A stretch of 61,944 nt of DNA from Bacteroidota bacterium (GTDB lineage: Bacteria > Bacteroidota > Bacteroidia > Bacteroidales > UBA12077): the NCBI GenBank assembly GCA_034189025.1, contig JAXHVS010000078.1, forward strand, positions 1-61,944, read 5' to 3'. A program made the translations under genes and the position numbers. Shown here piece by piece: positions 7,890 through 17,698 of this stretch (its first letter is position 1; every line of letters starts with the position of its first letter). Under the pieces are notes generated by a model. The model was not told the DNA's origin, ran no database searches, and saw nothing but the letters and a program-made list of their open reading frames with translations.

Positions 7890-9860
7890 CGGATTTAACT
7901 TACACAATTTCCTGTCTACCAGCTTAAAGCATCATATTTTTTAACATTTGTAGCAACTAATATATAATTATTATTAACAATCAATTATTTGTAAGTTAAT
8001 TTATTAAATTGTGTAAATATTGTTTTAATGTAGGAACTATTATTATCTTTGCAGCATGTATGTACAAAGAAACAAAACAACAGGCAAAAATGGCAAGGCC
8101 TATACTTCTACCCTGCTGTGCACCAAGTACCGGCAAGACGGGAAAATAAAGACAAAAGTAGAGGCAAACCTCTCGTATATGCCGGAAGAACTTGTCCTGA
8201 CCGTTGAGAACGTGCTCAAACACGGCAAAGGCGCTTTGGTCGCAGCCAAAAGCATCATGGCCAAAAGCGCCATTGATTTCGGGTTGGCATTCCTGCTGAT
8301 ACACCTTATGGATAAATTGCGGATTAGCCAAACCATCGAAAAAGTACTTCCCCCGCAGGAGGCTGCACTCTTAAAAGCAATTGTTATCGGAAAAATAATT
8401 ACAAGGGGCAGCAAACTGGGCATCTATAACTGGCTTGGGCGCAATAAAAACATTTGTTCACAATTTGGAATTGACATGGGGAACATAAAAGTTGACCACC
8501 TGTATTCCGCCCTGGGGCAGGCCAGCGAGGTGCAGAAAGCAATAGAACGCAAGTGGCTTTTATACCATAAAAACAAACACAAAGAAGTCTATTTGTACGA
8601 TATAACCAGCACCTATTTTGAAGGCACACAAAACGAACTTGCCGCTTATGGCTACAACCGCGACAAGAAAAAAGGGAAAATGCAAATCAACATCGGGTTA
8701 ATTACCGACAGCGAAGGTTTCCCCTTAAAGATTGAGGTTTTTGAAGGGAATATCAGCGATTACACCACCGTTCTGGAACAAATAAAAAGCATAAAGGAAG
8801 AATTTAATACCAGCCAGGTTATTTTCGTGGGCGACAGGGGGATGAAAATCCGCTATAATTTAGAAGGGCTGGACGAGGCAGACAAGCAGGGGGTCCACTA
8901 CATAACGGGGTTGACTAACCAGGAAATAAAAAACCTGTTGGACAACGATATTATACAATTAAAGCTGTTCAGCAACGAGCTGGCAGAAGTGGAGTACGAA
9001 GGGGAACGGTACGTGCTGTCGGTGAACGCGGCGCTCCAGGAGCAGGAGCTGGCTTACCTGAAAACTATACGCGGGATTGCCGATGATGAAATATCAGAAG
9101 TAAAAGCATCGTGGGAGAAACGCCACAGGCAAAACACCGAAAATATTCAAAAATTAAAAGATGGGCATAAAAATAAAAAATTGGTAGCCAGTTTTAGCGA
9201 AAAACAACTTGATAGTTACAAATTGCGCATCGAAAAAATATTATCCAAGCGAAGGTTAAAACAGTATTATGAAATTATAGAAATAAGCAACCAGGCATTT
9301 GTAATTGATTTCAAAGCAGAAAAGTACCAACAGGCAAAACAGCTTGCCGGGAAATATGTTGTGTGCACCAATGTCGAAAAAGGGCAAATGGAAAAAACAG
9401 AAGTCAGGCAACAATACAAAAACCTGCAACATGTTGAACAAGCGTTCCGCGATTTCAAGAGCGACAATATCCAGGTACGCCCGGTTTACCACCGCAACGA
9501 AGCTCAAACCCGTGGGCATGTGTTGCTTTCCATGTTCTCTTACGCCATTGTCAAAGAGATGGAAGACAAAATCTTCCCTTTCCTGGTAGCATGGAACAAA
9601 AAGACAAAAAGCAAACTGTCGTTTTCCGACATATTGGAGGAGCTCAAGGATATTAAACTGGTAACGTTAGACTTGGGGAGAAATGTTGAAAGCATTAAAA
9701 TAACACAACTCAACGATCTACAAGAACAGGTTTTAAAACTTTTTAAAATGAAAAAAACAGACTTAGAGAAAAATTTGTAGCAACAAAATCGAAAAAATAT
9801 CAGCTTATGTTGCTGAATACCTGTGTGTTGTTAAAGTAGAATTCGTTGAAATCATTTCCG
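7890..9860 (+). mobile_element. IS1634-family insertion sequence (ends approximate)
   Basis: Intact transposase, visibly GC-richer than flanks; candidate left end CGGATTTAACTTACACA at 7890 and right end at 9839 or 9860; no clear target duplication. Confidence 0.7.
8056..9780 (+). CDS. IS1634-family DDE transposase (intact)
   Basis: 574 aa; YLYDITSTYFEG, YGYNRDKK, FVGDRGM, YKNLQHVEQAFRDFK and RPVYHR..TRGHV motifs. Confidence 0.92.
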   Translation: MYVQRNKTTGKNGKAYTSTLLCTKYRQDGKIKTKVEANLSYMPEELVLTVENVLKHGKGALVAAKSIMAKSAIDFGLAFLLIHLMDKLRISQTIEKVLPPQEAALLKAIVIGKIITRGSKLGIYNWLGRNKNICSQFGIDMGNIKVDHLYSALGQASEVQKAIERKWLLYHKNKHKEVYLYDITSTYFEGTQNELAAYGYNRDKKKGKMQINIGLITDSEGFPLKIEVFEGNISDYTTVLEQIKSIKEEFNTSQVIFVGDRGMKIRYNLEGLDEADKQGVHYITGLTNQEIKNLLDNDIIQLKLFSNELAEVEYEGERYVLSVNAALQEQELAYLKTIRGIADDEISEVKASWEKRHRQNTENIQKLKDGHKNKKLVASFSEKQLDSYKLRIEKILSKRRLKQYYEIIEISNQAFVIDFKAEKYQQAKQLAGKYVVCTNVEKGQMEKTEVRQQYKNLQHVEQAFRDFKSDNIQVRPVYHRNEAQTRGHVLLSMFSYAIVKEMEDKIFPFLVAWNKKTKSKLSFSDILEELKDIKLVTLDLGRNVESIKITQLNDLQEQVLKLFKMKKTDLEKNL

Positions 9861-10122
9861 CTAAAGCGTCTGAATTAGCTTATATAAGCCGGTTTGCCGG
9901 ACGTAGCGAAGAAATAAAGGAAGGCCCCACGGGTTGAAATTTTATTGCTTGTGGCGGCAATTTTTGTTATTTTAGTACCCATAAAAGATAGTATTGTGCA
10001 CCTAATTGGTGAATGTTATTTTTTATTTTATACCACTAAATCATACAGTATCAATTAGCTGTGCAACATATCTTTTATCTTTTTTGAAGAAAATCGCTCA
10101 ATTTAGGTATAAATAATTGTTA

Positions 10123-11262
10123 ATGAGAAAGGTTTTAATTGGATGGATAGGATTGCTACTGTTGAGTAGTGAAATAGTAAATGCTCAATATGTCGAATCT
10201 ATAGGTGACTTTAGGTTTTTTGAGATAAAAGGACATTCCGGCTCACATTTATATACTGGAGACAACTTGAAAGATGCATTAGAAAATGGCTATGGGGCCA
10301 TTGAGGTGCGATATGGCTGGCAAAGCAATAATCCCAACGGTTGGCAAAGCATTTTTGGGTATCCGGCTTATGGCTTTGGATGGTACAGTGGTTTTATTGG
10401 CAATACGGATTTGCTGGGTAGTCCAGGTGCTCTGTATGGCTTTATTTCCTTTCCGCTTTCAAAACCACGCCGACATCAGATGGTGATTGAACCTGCCTTT
10501 GGATTGAGTTATGATTTAAAACCCTATGATCCGGAGACCAATGTGGCCAATGATGCCATTGGATCCCAGTTTAATGTCTATTTTAATCTAAACTTGGGTG
10601 CAAATTACCGATTAAATCGTGAGATGGATCTTATTTATGGCATTGATATTACGCATTTCAGCAATGGACGGATGTTTAAGCCTAATGCAGGGTTAAATAT
10701 GTTGGGGCTCAATCTTGGATTCAGATACCACTTTAACAGCCAACAAAATAAAATTGACAACTCGGAATTTCCGCAGCAAATTTTAAATGTCCGACCTCAA
10801 CCCGCTCCTATTAAACGAGCAGAGCCTATCAACAAATCAGACATTTCTATTTATGGAGCAGGTGGTTTGGTGCAAAACGATGAAAATAGTGGGACTAATA
10901 AACAGTTTGGAACAGCTACTGTTATGGTGGAGTATCTTTACATCTTAAATGAAAAGAGTGGGTTTGTCTTAGGGATTGATGGTTTTTATGATTCCAGTTT
11001 AATTACCCACTTCCCCAATGAAAAATATTTTTTTATGGGTATACATGGAGGATACGATCTTTTGTTTTGGAAATTAGCGCTCCGGCTTCAAGTGGGAACT
11101 TATTTACAAGAAAAAGGGCGAAAATATAAAGGTAATTATTTTTTTAGGCCCGCACTAAAATATCAATTTATGAATCGCTTGTTTGCTCAAATAGGATTAA
11201 AAACTCAAGCTGGATTTAAGGCTGATTGGATTGAGTTTGGAATCGGGGTCAGATTGTTTTGA
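10123..11262 (+). CDS. Acyloxyacyl hydrolase (PagL-like lipid A deacylase family) outer-membrane beta-barrel
   Basis: Signal peptide; THFSNG..KPNAGLN His-Ser motif; beta-strand-rich; terminal Phe (GIGVRLF); ATG at 10123 preferred over TTG at 10117. Confidence 0.8.
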   Translation: MRKVLIGWIGLLLLSSEIVNAQYVESIGDFRFFEIKGHSGSHLYTGDNLKDALENGYGAIEVRYGWQSNNPNGWQSIFGYPAYGFGWYSGFIGNTDLLGSPGALYGFISFPLSKPRRHQMVIEPAFGLSYDLKPYDPETNVANDAIGSQFNVYFNLNLGANYRLNREMDLIYGIDITHFSNGRMFKPNAGLNMLGLNLGFRYHFNSQQNKIDNSEFPQQILNVRPQPAPIKRAEPINKSDISIYGAGGLVQNDENSGTNKQFGTATVMVEYLYILNEKSGFVLGIDGFYDSSLITHFPNEKYFFMGIHGGYDLLFWKLALRLQVGTYLQEKGRKYKGNYFFRPALKYQFMNRLFAQIGLKTQAGFKADWIEFGIGVRLF

Positions 11263-11401
11263 TGGCATAACTCACCCGCATAACGATCACTCCACCGGCA
11301 ACACCAATGGTATTAATGGAAATGAACATACCCGGAATAGCCAAAGCGATTGCAAAATAAGTAAGATTAGTAATAATTTGGATGCCGGCAATATCTGCTG
11401 C

Positions 11402-11682
11402 TTAAGCCTGTTTTACAAATTGTACGTCGATTGCCAATTTAACCTTGTCGGAAACTATGATGCTTCCAGCTTCTGTAACTGCATTCCATGATAAGTTAAA
11501 GTCTTTCCTGTTGATTTCACCACTAATTTCAAAACCAGCTTTGGTTTGTCCATAAGGATCTACGGCTATGCCATTAAAATCAACATATAAAGCAATTCCT
11601 TTAGTTACATCTCTTATGATTAAATCGCCAGTTAGCTGTTCGCCATCAAATGATTTTGAAACAAATTTATTGGTATAAGCGT
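11402..11682 (-). pseudogene. YceI-family protein C-terminal remnant, 5' part removed at the IS1595 junction
   Basis: Minus frame, absent from the ORF track, reads KFVSKSFDGEQLTGDLIIRDVTKGIALYVDFNGIAVDPYGQTKAGFEISGEINRKDFNLSWNAVTEAGSIIVSDKVKLAIDVQFVKQA*; no start codon before the IS end at 11683. Confidence 0.85.
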
Positions 11683-12058
11683 GGAAAGAACTCCCAATAA
11701 ATAATGCTACTTTTGTAGCATGGAAAAGGATAATAGATTTAAAGGGGTGAATTCAATTAAGTTCAATCAGCACTTTAAATCAGATGAAGATTGCTACAAG
11801 TATTTGTCTGATATAAAATGGACAGAAGGTTACATTTGCAGGAAATGTGGCAACAGCACATATTGCAAAGGACACAAACCCTATTCAAGACGATGCAACC
11901 GATGTAAATACGACGAAAGTCCTACAGCAGGTACTGTGTTTGACAAACTTAAATTTTCGTTGTTAATTGCGTTTCACATAGTATTCAAAATAAGCACAAA
12001 AAAGAAAGGGATGTCATCTTTGGAATTATCGGAGGAGTTCGATCTAATCGGTAAATAA
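11683..12058 (+). mobile_element. Truncated IS1595-family element (left end plus N-terminal zinc-ribbon transposase fragment, 11720-12058)
   Basis: Left end GGAAAGAACTCCCAATAA; C..YL..IKW..GYICRKC..RRCNRC.YDESPTAGTVFDKLKF..KKGMSSLELS is the IS1595 N-terminus; catalytic domain missing. Confidence 0.85.
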
Positions 12059-12100
12059 GAATATACAATTTTTGGCAAATAGGAATACATAGTTTTTGGC
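12053..12100. repeat. Tandem 24-bp repeat, possible IS21-like terminal repeat remnant
   Basis: AAATAAGAATATACAATTTTTGGC / AAATAGGAATACATAGTTTTTGGC (20 of 24 identical), located where the IS1595 transposase breaks off. Confidence 0.55.
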
Positions 12101-12204
12101 AACAATGATGCAGAACTTTACCAGAAATTTAAAACTGGTAATTATGAATAGATATTAAACAAGTTGATCATGTATCATGAAATCAATAAAATGAGACGAA
12201 ACCG

Positions 12205-13450
12205 CTGAGTTGCAACATTTTTACAGAACCCTTGATATTATTAGCGAAAAACAAGAAGCATCAAAACAGCATTTATTCCATCAACAACGTTCATTATTTA
12301 CACAGGAACTGGATGTAGTATTTTATGATATAACAACTATATATTTTGACAGTCAAAAAGAAACACCTGGCAGTAAGAAAAAGAAAGGGTATAGCAAAGA
12401 TGGGAAAGCACATAAACGCAGATTGTATTGGGATTGCTTGTAGATAAACTCAGAAATCCGGTAACTTACCATATTTATGAGGGTAATACTTATGAAGGCC
12501 ATACCATGATAGATGCTTTAAAAGATTTGAAAAAAGAGTGCAATATCGATAGGGTAATTGTTGTAGCAGATAGCGCAATGATTGATAAAGATAATAGAAA
12601 TTATATAATTGATAATCAACCGGATTACATCTTAGGAGATCGAATAAAAAGTTTGCCGGAAGATATAAAAGCCCAATTACTCAATTTTAATAATCATAAA
12701 GCAATAAACAACCAAACCAAGAAATCAGATTTTAGTTATACCAGTTTAGAGTATAACGGGCGTAAAATAATATGTACATATTCATCAAAAAGAGCAAAAA
12801 AGGATGCTTATGAGCGGGAAAAGCTTATTAAAAAGGCTGAAACCTGGTTTGCTAACCCCAGCAAATATAAAACTGTAAAGAAACGTGGTGCCGGACGATT
12901 TATTGCAACATCAGAGGAAGGCAAGCCTTTATTAGATAAAGAAAAGATAGCACAAGATGCAAAATATGATGGTTTTAAAGCAATAGCAACAACAACTGAA
13001 TTGCTGGTAGAAGAAATACTTTCTAAGTATAATGACTTATATGAAGTAGAACATGCTTTTCGAGCATTAAAGAGCCAATTGGAAATACGTCCTATCTATC
13101 ATTGGACAGATAGAAGAATTGAAGGCCATATTGCAATGTGTTTTCTGGTTTATACTTTTATAAATTATTTGCGCAATATTACAGGATTGCAATATAAATC
13201 CATCAGCAAGGCTCTTGATCGAATGCAAATGTCAATTATAAAAGAGGACAAATCTGATGAGTTTATATACATGCGTTCAAATATAAATGAAGATGAACAA
13301 GTAATTTTCAATAAATTAAAAATAGTGCCACCAAGAGATAGGACATCGCAAAGGATTATAAATCGGTATTTTGATTAAAAGGTAGTGCTTGCTTAAAAGT
13401 ACAAACAATTAATAATGAAATATTTGTGTTTTTTAACTATCAAAGTCAAG
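12205..13450 (+). pseudogene. Degenerate IS1634-family transposase (5'-truncated, frameshifted) with right end
   Basis: VVFYDITTIYF, GYSKDGK / QIVLGLLVD, VVADSAM, Y..LYEVEHAFRALK and RPIYHW..RIEGH; 1-nt deletion near 12415; stop at 13378; right end AACTATCAAAGTCAAG at 13435-13450. Confidence 0.85.
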
Positions 13451-13459
13451 AAATAATAC

Positions 13460-15361
13460 TTAATAAGCCCGTAAATTTTTTCCCTCAATAAAGTTGATAA
13501 ACGATTTGTTGACCACTTTGTTCCCTCCCGGAGTGGGATATTTTCCGGTAAAATACCAGTCGCCTGTATCGTTAGGACATGCAGCATGTAAATTTTCAAT
13601 GGTTTGGTAAACAATTTCAACGTTGGCATGGAGATTTTTGGATTTTAGCATTTCAGCAATCTTTGCAGAGATTTGTTCAGGAGTAAAGGGTTTGTAAATT
13701 TCTTTTACATAATTTACAATTTGTTCTTTTGGCAGGTTTTCCTGTGCCTTTGATTTTTTATACACTTCATTGATAATATTTTCCTTTCCCGACTCTTTTA
13801 ATAAAGCAATAGCAGCTCTAAAAGCAACAAAATCGCTTAACTTGGCCATGTCAATACCATAACAATCCGGATAACGAATTTGTGGAGATGATGAAACCAC
13901 AATGATTTTTTTAGGTTTTAAACGGTCGAGAATTCTCAAAATACTCTCTCTTAGGGTTGTCCCCCTTACAATGGAATCGTCTATTACTACCAGTGTGTCA
14001 ATATCTTCGCGTACAGTGCCATAGGTAATGTCATAAACGTGGCCTACCAGGTCGTTTCTTCCTTGATCCTGCGCAATAAAAGTTCTGAGTTTAATATCTT
14101 TAATGGCAATTTTTTCTACGCGGACTTTTTTCGACATGATCTTGTCATACAATTGTTCGTTTAGCTTGCTGCCCAGGTTTAAAATTTCTTTTCTTTGTTC
14201 TTTTAAAAGATAACTTTTAAGTTCGTCCACCATTCCATAAAATGCAGTTTCTGAAGTATTTGGGATAAAAGAAAAAACAGTGTTTCCCAAATCATGGTTA
14301 ATGGCTTGTAATATTTGGGGCATCAGTAGTCTGCCCAATTGTTTTCTTTCCTGATAAATATCTTTGTCACTCCCTCTGGAAAAATAGATTCTTTCAAAGG
14401 AACATGAACTTCTTTTTTGAGGTACGCGGATTTCTTCATTTAATACTCTGCCGTCTCGTTTAATAATAAGTGCTCCGCCAGGTGTTATTTCTTTTATTGA
14501 TTCGGCCTTAACATTCATTACCGTTTGTATTACGGGCCTTTCGGAAGCGACAACCACAATCTCATCATCTTTGTAATAAAATCCCGGCCTTATTCCCCAA
14601 GGGTCGCGCATAACAAAAGCATCTCCATGCCCTATCATTCCTCCAATAGTATATCCTCCATCCCAATCTCTGCTTGCTTCTTGCAATACATTACCCAAAT
14701 CAAGATTTTGAGCAATAAGGGTAGAAATCTCTTTATTGCTAATCCCTTCATTTTTATATTGCCGGAAAAGGTACTGATTGGCTTCGTCAAGAAAATGGCC
14801 TACTTTCTCCAGAACCGTGACAGTATCTGAGTACTCTTTGGGATGCTGCCCCAAATCAATGAGTACCTGGAATAATTCGTCCACATTGGTCATGTTAAAG
14901 TTTCCCGCCATGATAAGGTTCCTGGATTTCCAGTTATTCTCCCTCATAATGGGCTGTACAAATTCAATGTCATCTCCGCCGAAAGTACCATATCGCAAAT
15001 GCCCGAAATATAGTTCTGCGGCTGAGGGTAAATTTTCTTTTGCCCATACCGGGTCTTTTAGTAAATCGGGATTTTTCTCTTCAATAATTTCGTGGTAGTT
15101 ATTAACTTCTGCAAAAACCTCTTTTATGGGTGAGCCGCCATTGGAACGGAAACGATGGATATATTTTTTTCCGGGAGACAGATCAAATTTTAGCGTTGCC
15201 AGTCCGGCTCCGTCTTGTCCCCGGTTGTGTTGTTTTTCCATCAGTAAATACAGCTTTTGTAAGCCGTACATCCACGAGCCGTATTTAGACTGGTAATATT
15301 CGAGAGGTTTTAATAACCGGATAAGTGCAATACCGCATTCGTGTTTAATCTGGTCGCTCAT
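13460..15361 (-). CDS. purF: Amidophosphoribosyltransferase
   Basis: MSDQIKHECG propeptide with N-terminal nucleophile Cys, QHNRGQDGAG, GHLRYGT, VIDDSIVRGTT (PRPP binding) and RYPDCYGIDM. Confidence 0.93.
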   Translation of the reverse strand: MSDQIKHECGIALIRLLKPLEYYQSKYGSWMYGLQKLYLLMEKQHNRGQDGAGLATLKFDLSPGKKYIHRFRSNGGSPIKEVFAEVNNYHEIIEEKNPDLLKDPVWAKENLPSAAELYFGHLRYGTFGGDDIEFVQPIMRENNWKSRNLIMAGNFNMTNVDELFQVLIDLGQHPKEYSDTVTVLEKVGHFLDEANQYLFRQYKNEGISNKEISTLIAQNLDLGNVLQEASRDWDGGYTIGGMIGHGDAFVMRDPWGIRPGFYYKDDEIVVVASERPVIQTVMNVKAESIKEITPGGALIIKRDGRVLNEEIRVPQKRSSCSFERIYFSRGSDKDIYQERKQLGRLLMPQILQAINHDLGNTVFSFIPNTSETAFYGMVDELKSYLLKEQRKEILNLGSKLNEQLYDKIMSKKVRVEKIAIKDIKLRTFIAQDQGRNDLVGHVYDITYGTVREDIDTLVVIDDSIVRGTTLRESILRILDRLKPKKIIVVSSSPQIRYPDCYGIDMAKLSDFVAFRAAIALLKESGKENIINEVYKKSKAQENLPKEQIVNYVKEIYKPFTPEQISAKIAEMLKSKNLHANVEIVYQTIENLHAACPNDTGDWYFTGKYPTPGGNKVVNKSFINFIEGKNLRAY

Positions 15362-16316
15362 TGTTTTGTTTCTGTTTATTCATTTCTATTACTTTTTCAG
15401 CAATATGGCCCGATGTTAATCCATATTTTTGCATGAGTTCTTCCGGTTTCCCGGATTCGCCAAATTGATCGTTCATGCCAATCATTTTAACTTTTACAGG
15501 ATGCTCTTTGGCCAGTACTTCAGCAACAGCACTACCCAGCCCTCCATAAATCTGATGTTCTTCGGCTGTTACAATTAATCCTGTTTCTTTAGCTGCTTTT
15601 ATTATTATTTCTTCATCAATAGGTTTAATGGTGTGTAAATTAATTAGTCGCACATCAACATTTTGTTTTTCGAGCATGTAGGCAGCTTGTAAAGCTTCCC
15701 ATACCAGGTGTCCTGTTGCTATAATGGTAATATCCTTTCCTTCCTTTAACAATTGCCCTTTGCCTACTTCGAAGGGTAAATCTTCTGTAGTAAAATCCGG
15801 AACGGCTTCTCTGCCAAAACGAATATATACCGGCCCGTTAACTTGCTCAACAGAGGCAATGGTTGCCAGTTTGGTTTGTGTGGCATCGCACGGTGAAAGA
15901 ACAGTCATGTTTGGCAAAACCCTCATGATAGCAATATCTTCTAAAGCCTGGTGTGTAGCTCCATCCGGGCCCACAGATATTCCGGCATGTGCACCTCCTA
16001 TTTTTACCGGTAGGTTATTATAGCAAATGGAAATTCTAACCTGGTCGGTGGCACGTAAAGCAGAAAAAACACCATAAGTGGTAGCAAAAGGAATCTTCCC
16101 GCCCAAAGCAAATCCTGCAGCTGCTCCCATAATATTTTGTTCAGCAATGCCGAACGAGAAAAATCGATCGGGAAATGCCTCCTTAAAAAAATTAACACTT
16201 ACAGAAGAAGTGATGTCAGCCCCTAAAGCAACAACATTTGGATATTTTTGGCCCAAAGATTTCAGTCCTTCGCCAAATCCGAAACGTGTGGGTTTTAATT
16301 GCTTTAATGTAAACAT
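15345..16316 (-). CDS. Transketolase, C-terminal (pyrimidine-binding) subunit
   Basis: GIAEQN, GPDGATHQALED, GPVYIRFGR and EEHQIYGGLGSAVAE. Confidence 0.92.
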   Translation of the reverse strand: MFTLKQLKPTRFGFGEGLKSLGQKYPNVVALGADITSSVSVNFFKEAFPDRFFSFGIAEQNIMGAAAGFALGGKIPFATTYGVFSALRATDQVRISICYNNLPVKIGGAHAGISVGPDGATHQALEDIAIMRVLPNMTVLSPCDATQTKLATIASVEQVNGPVYIRFGREAVPDFTTEDLPFEVGKGQLLKEGKDITIIATGHLVWEALQAAYMLEKQNVDVRLINLHTIKPIDEEIIIKAAKETGLIVTAEEHQIYGGLGSAVAEVLAKEHPVKVKMIGMNDQFGESGKPEELMQKYGLTSGHIAEKVIEMNKQKQNNERPD

Positions 16317-16322
16317 TGTTTT

Positions 16323-17156
16323 TTATTGATTTTTTTCCAGTTCTTTAATAAACACATCAACTTGTTCGGGTTTAGGTGGTTTTCCGTGCCAGCGATAATC
16401 ATCTTCAATTCTTTTCACTCCTTTTCCCATGTGGGTTTTGGCTATAATTACTGCCGGCCCTTTTGCCCAGTCAATGGCTTTTTGGTACGTAGTAATAATA
16501 TCTTTATGATCATGCCCGTTACAAGTCATTACTTCCCATCCAAACGATTCAAATTTATCTTTGAGTGGCTCAACTTCCATTACGTCTGAATTTTTTCCGT
16601 CTATTTGCACATAATTTCTATCGACCAAAGCCACCAAATTATTCAATTGGTGATGCGAAGCACTCATGGCAGCTTCCCAAATGGCTCCTTCTTGTAACTC
16701 TCCATCACCGTGTATAGAAAATACATTCCATGTTTTTTTATCCATTTTTCCGGCTAAAGCTAAACCAACAGCTACCGATAATCCCTGCCCCAGTGACCCT
16801 GTTGATAATTCGATCCCTGGCAGCCCGTGTTCTTTTCCCGGATGGCCTTGTAAACGAGAGCCTAACTTGCGCAAGGTCATCAATTCTTTTGGGTTAAAAT
16901 AACCACTATGTGCAAGTGCAGCATAAAATACCGGAGCAACATGGCCAATGGACAGTATGAGGCGGTCGCGATTTTCCCAATCAGGGTTGTCGGGTTTATG
17001 ATTTAAGATATTAAAATAAAGGCAGGTAAAAATATCGGCCAATCCTAATGAGCCACCAAGATGTCCGGAGCCGGCTTCGGCTAAACTCCGAACAACATCT
17101 TTGCGTATCTCCAAAGAATATTTTTTTAACTCTTGTATATCATTTGTTAAAGGCAT
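16323..17156 (-). CDS. Transketolase, N-terminal (TPP-binding) subunit
   Basis: SGHLGGSL, DRLILSIGH, LQGHP, STGSLGQG and GDGELQEGAIWEA; start placed at internal Met 17156 to avoid overlap. Confidence 0.92.
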   Translation of the reverse strand: MPLTNDIQELKKYSLEIRKDVVRSLAEAGSGHLGGSLGLADIFTCLYFNILNHKPDNPDWENRDRLILSIGHVAPVFYAALAHSGYFNPKELMTLRKLGSRLQGHPGKEHGLPGIELSTGSLGQGLSVAVGLALAGKMDKKTWNVFSIHGDGELQEGAIWEAAMSASHHQLNNLVALVDRNYVQIDGKNSDVMEVEPLKDKFESFGWEVMTCNGHDHKDIITTYQKAIDWAKGPAVIIAKTHMGKGVKRIEDDYRWHGKPPKPEQVDVFIKELEKNQ

Positions 17157-17169
17157 AAAGTAATAATTT

Positions 17170-17646
17170 TTATTCCTCAAGCGAGGGATAATTTATTTCA
17201 TCAGGAACAATAAACGCAGCTGGGAAATAATGTTTTATATGCTTAAATTTTTTCATGGCATCAATTTTTGTTCTGAAATCACCCACGTAAACTTTAAAAT
17301 AAGGATTATCATATTCTCTGTAAACAGGAATATCAGGAAACTTATCAAAAAAATCGGCTTTTACCTTTTGCGAATTCTCTCGTGCATCGCTTCCAATATC
17401 ATTAAAAATACGAATTCGATATCCCGGCACACCGGCTTTTCGTTTGTTTTGCTCGATATGATTGAATATTAAATTATTCACTCGAATATCTTGCGAGATA
17501 ATAACATTTCCGCTGCCCGGTTCATTCTTTTCAATTTTTGATAAAATATCGATGTCTGCTGCGGATGAAATCTGGCTATAGCCATGAATTATAGGTAAAA
17601 AAAACATCAATAAAATGGAACATATAAGCGAGATGGAATTTTTCAT
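17170..17646 (-). CDS. SPOR-domain protein
   Basis: Signal peptide; GYRIRIF..PYFKVYVGDFRTKIDA..FPAAFIV. Confidence 0.88.
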   Translation of the reverse strand: MKNSISLICSILLMFFLPIIHGYSQISSAADIDILSKIEKNEPGSGNVIISQDIRVNNLIFNHIEQNKRKAGVPGYRIRIFNDIGSDARENSQKVKADFFDKFPDIPVYREYDNPYFKVYVGDFRTKIDAMKKFKHIKHYFPAAFIVPDEINYPSLEE

Positions 17647-17698
17647 AATTTACTAGATTTTATAGCACAAAAATAATCAATTTTTATCAGAAGAAAGG

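Noticed and set aside
9780-9938. Start-less open frame ..VEFVEIISAKASELAYISRFAGRSEEIKEGPTG*
   Set aside because: May be the tail of a gene cut by the IS, but it has no start and no recognisable motif
11231-11491. 86-aa plus-strand ORF, and a hydrophobic minus-strand frame faintly like MarC
   Set aside because: The plus ORF overlaps the YceI remnant in antisense; the MarC resemblance is too weak to call
12053-12100. Mini CRISPR array
   Set aside because: Only two adjacent units, no spacers and no cas genes
7890-13450. Canonical composite transposon bounded by two IS1634 copies
   Set aside because: The two transposases are highly divergent, the second lacks its left end, and no flanking duplication is seen
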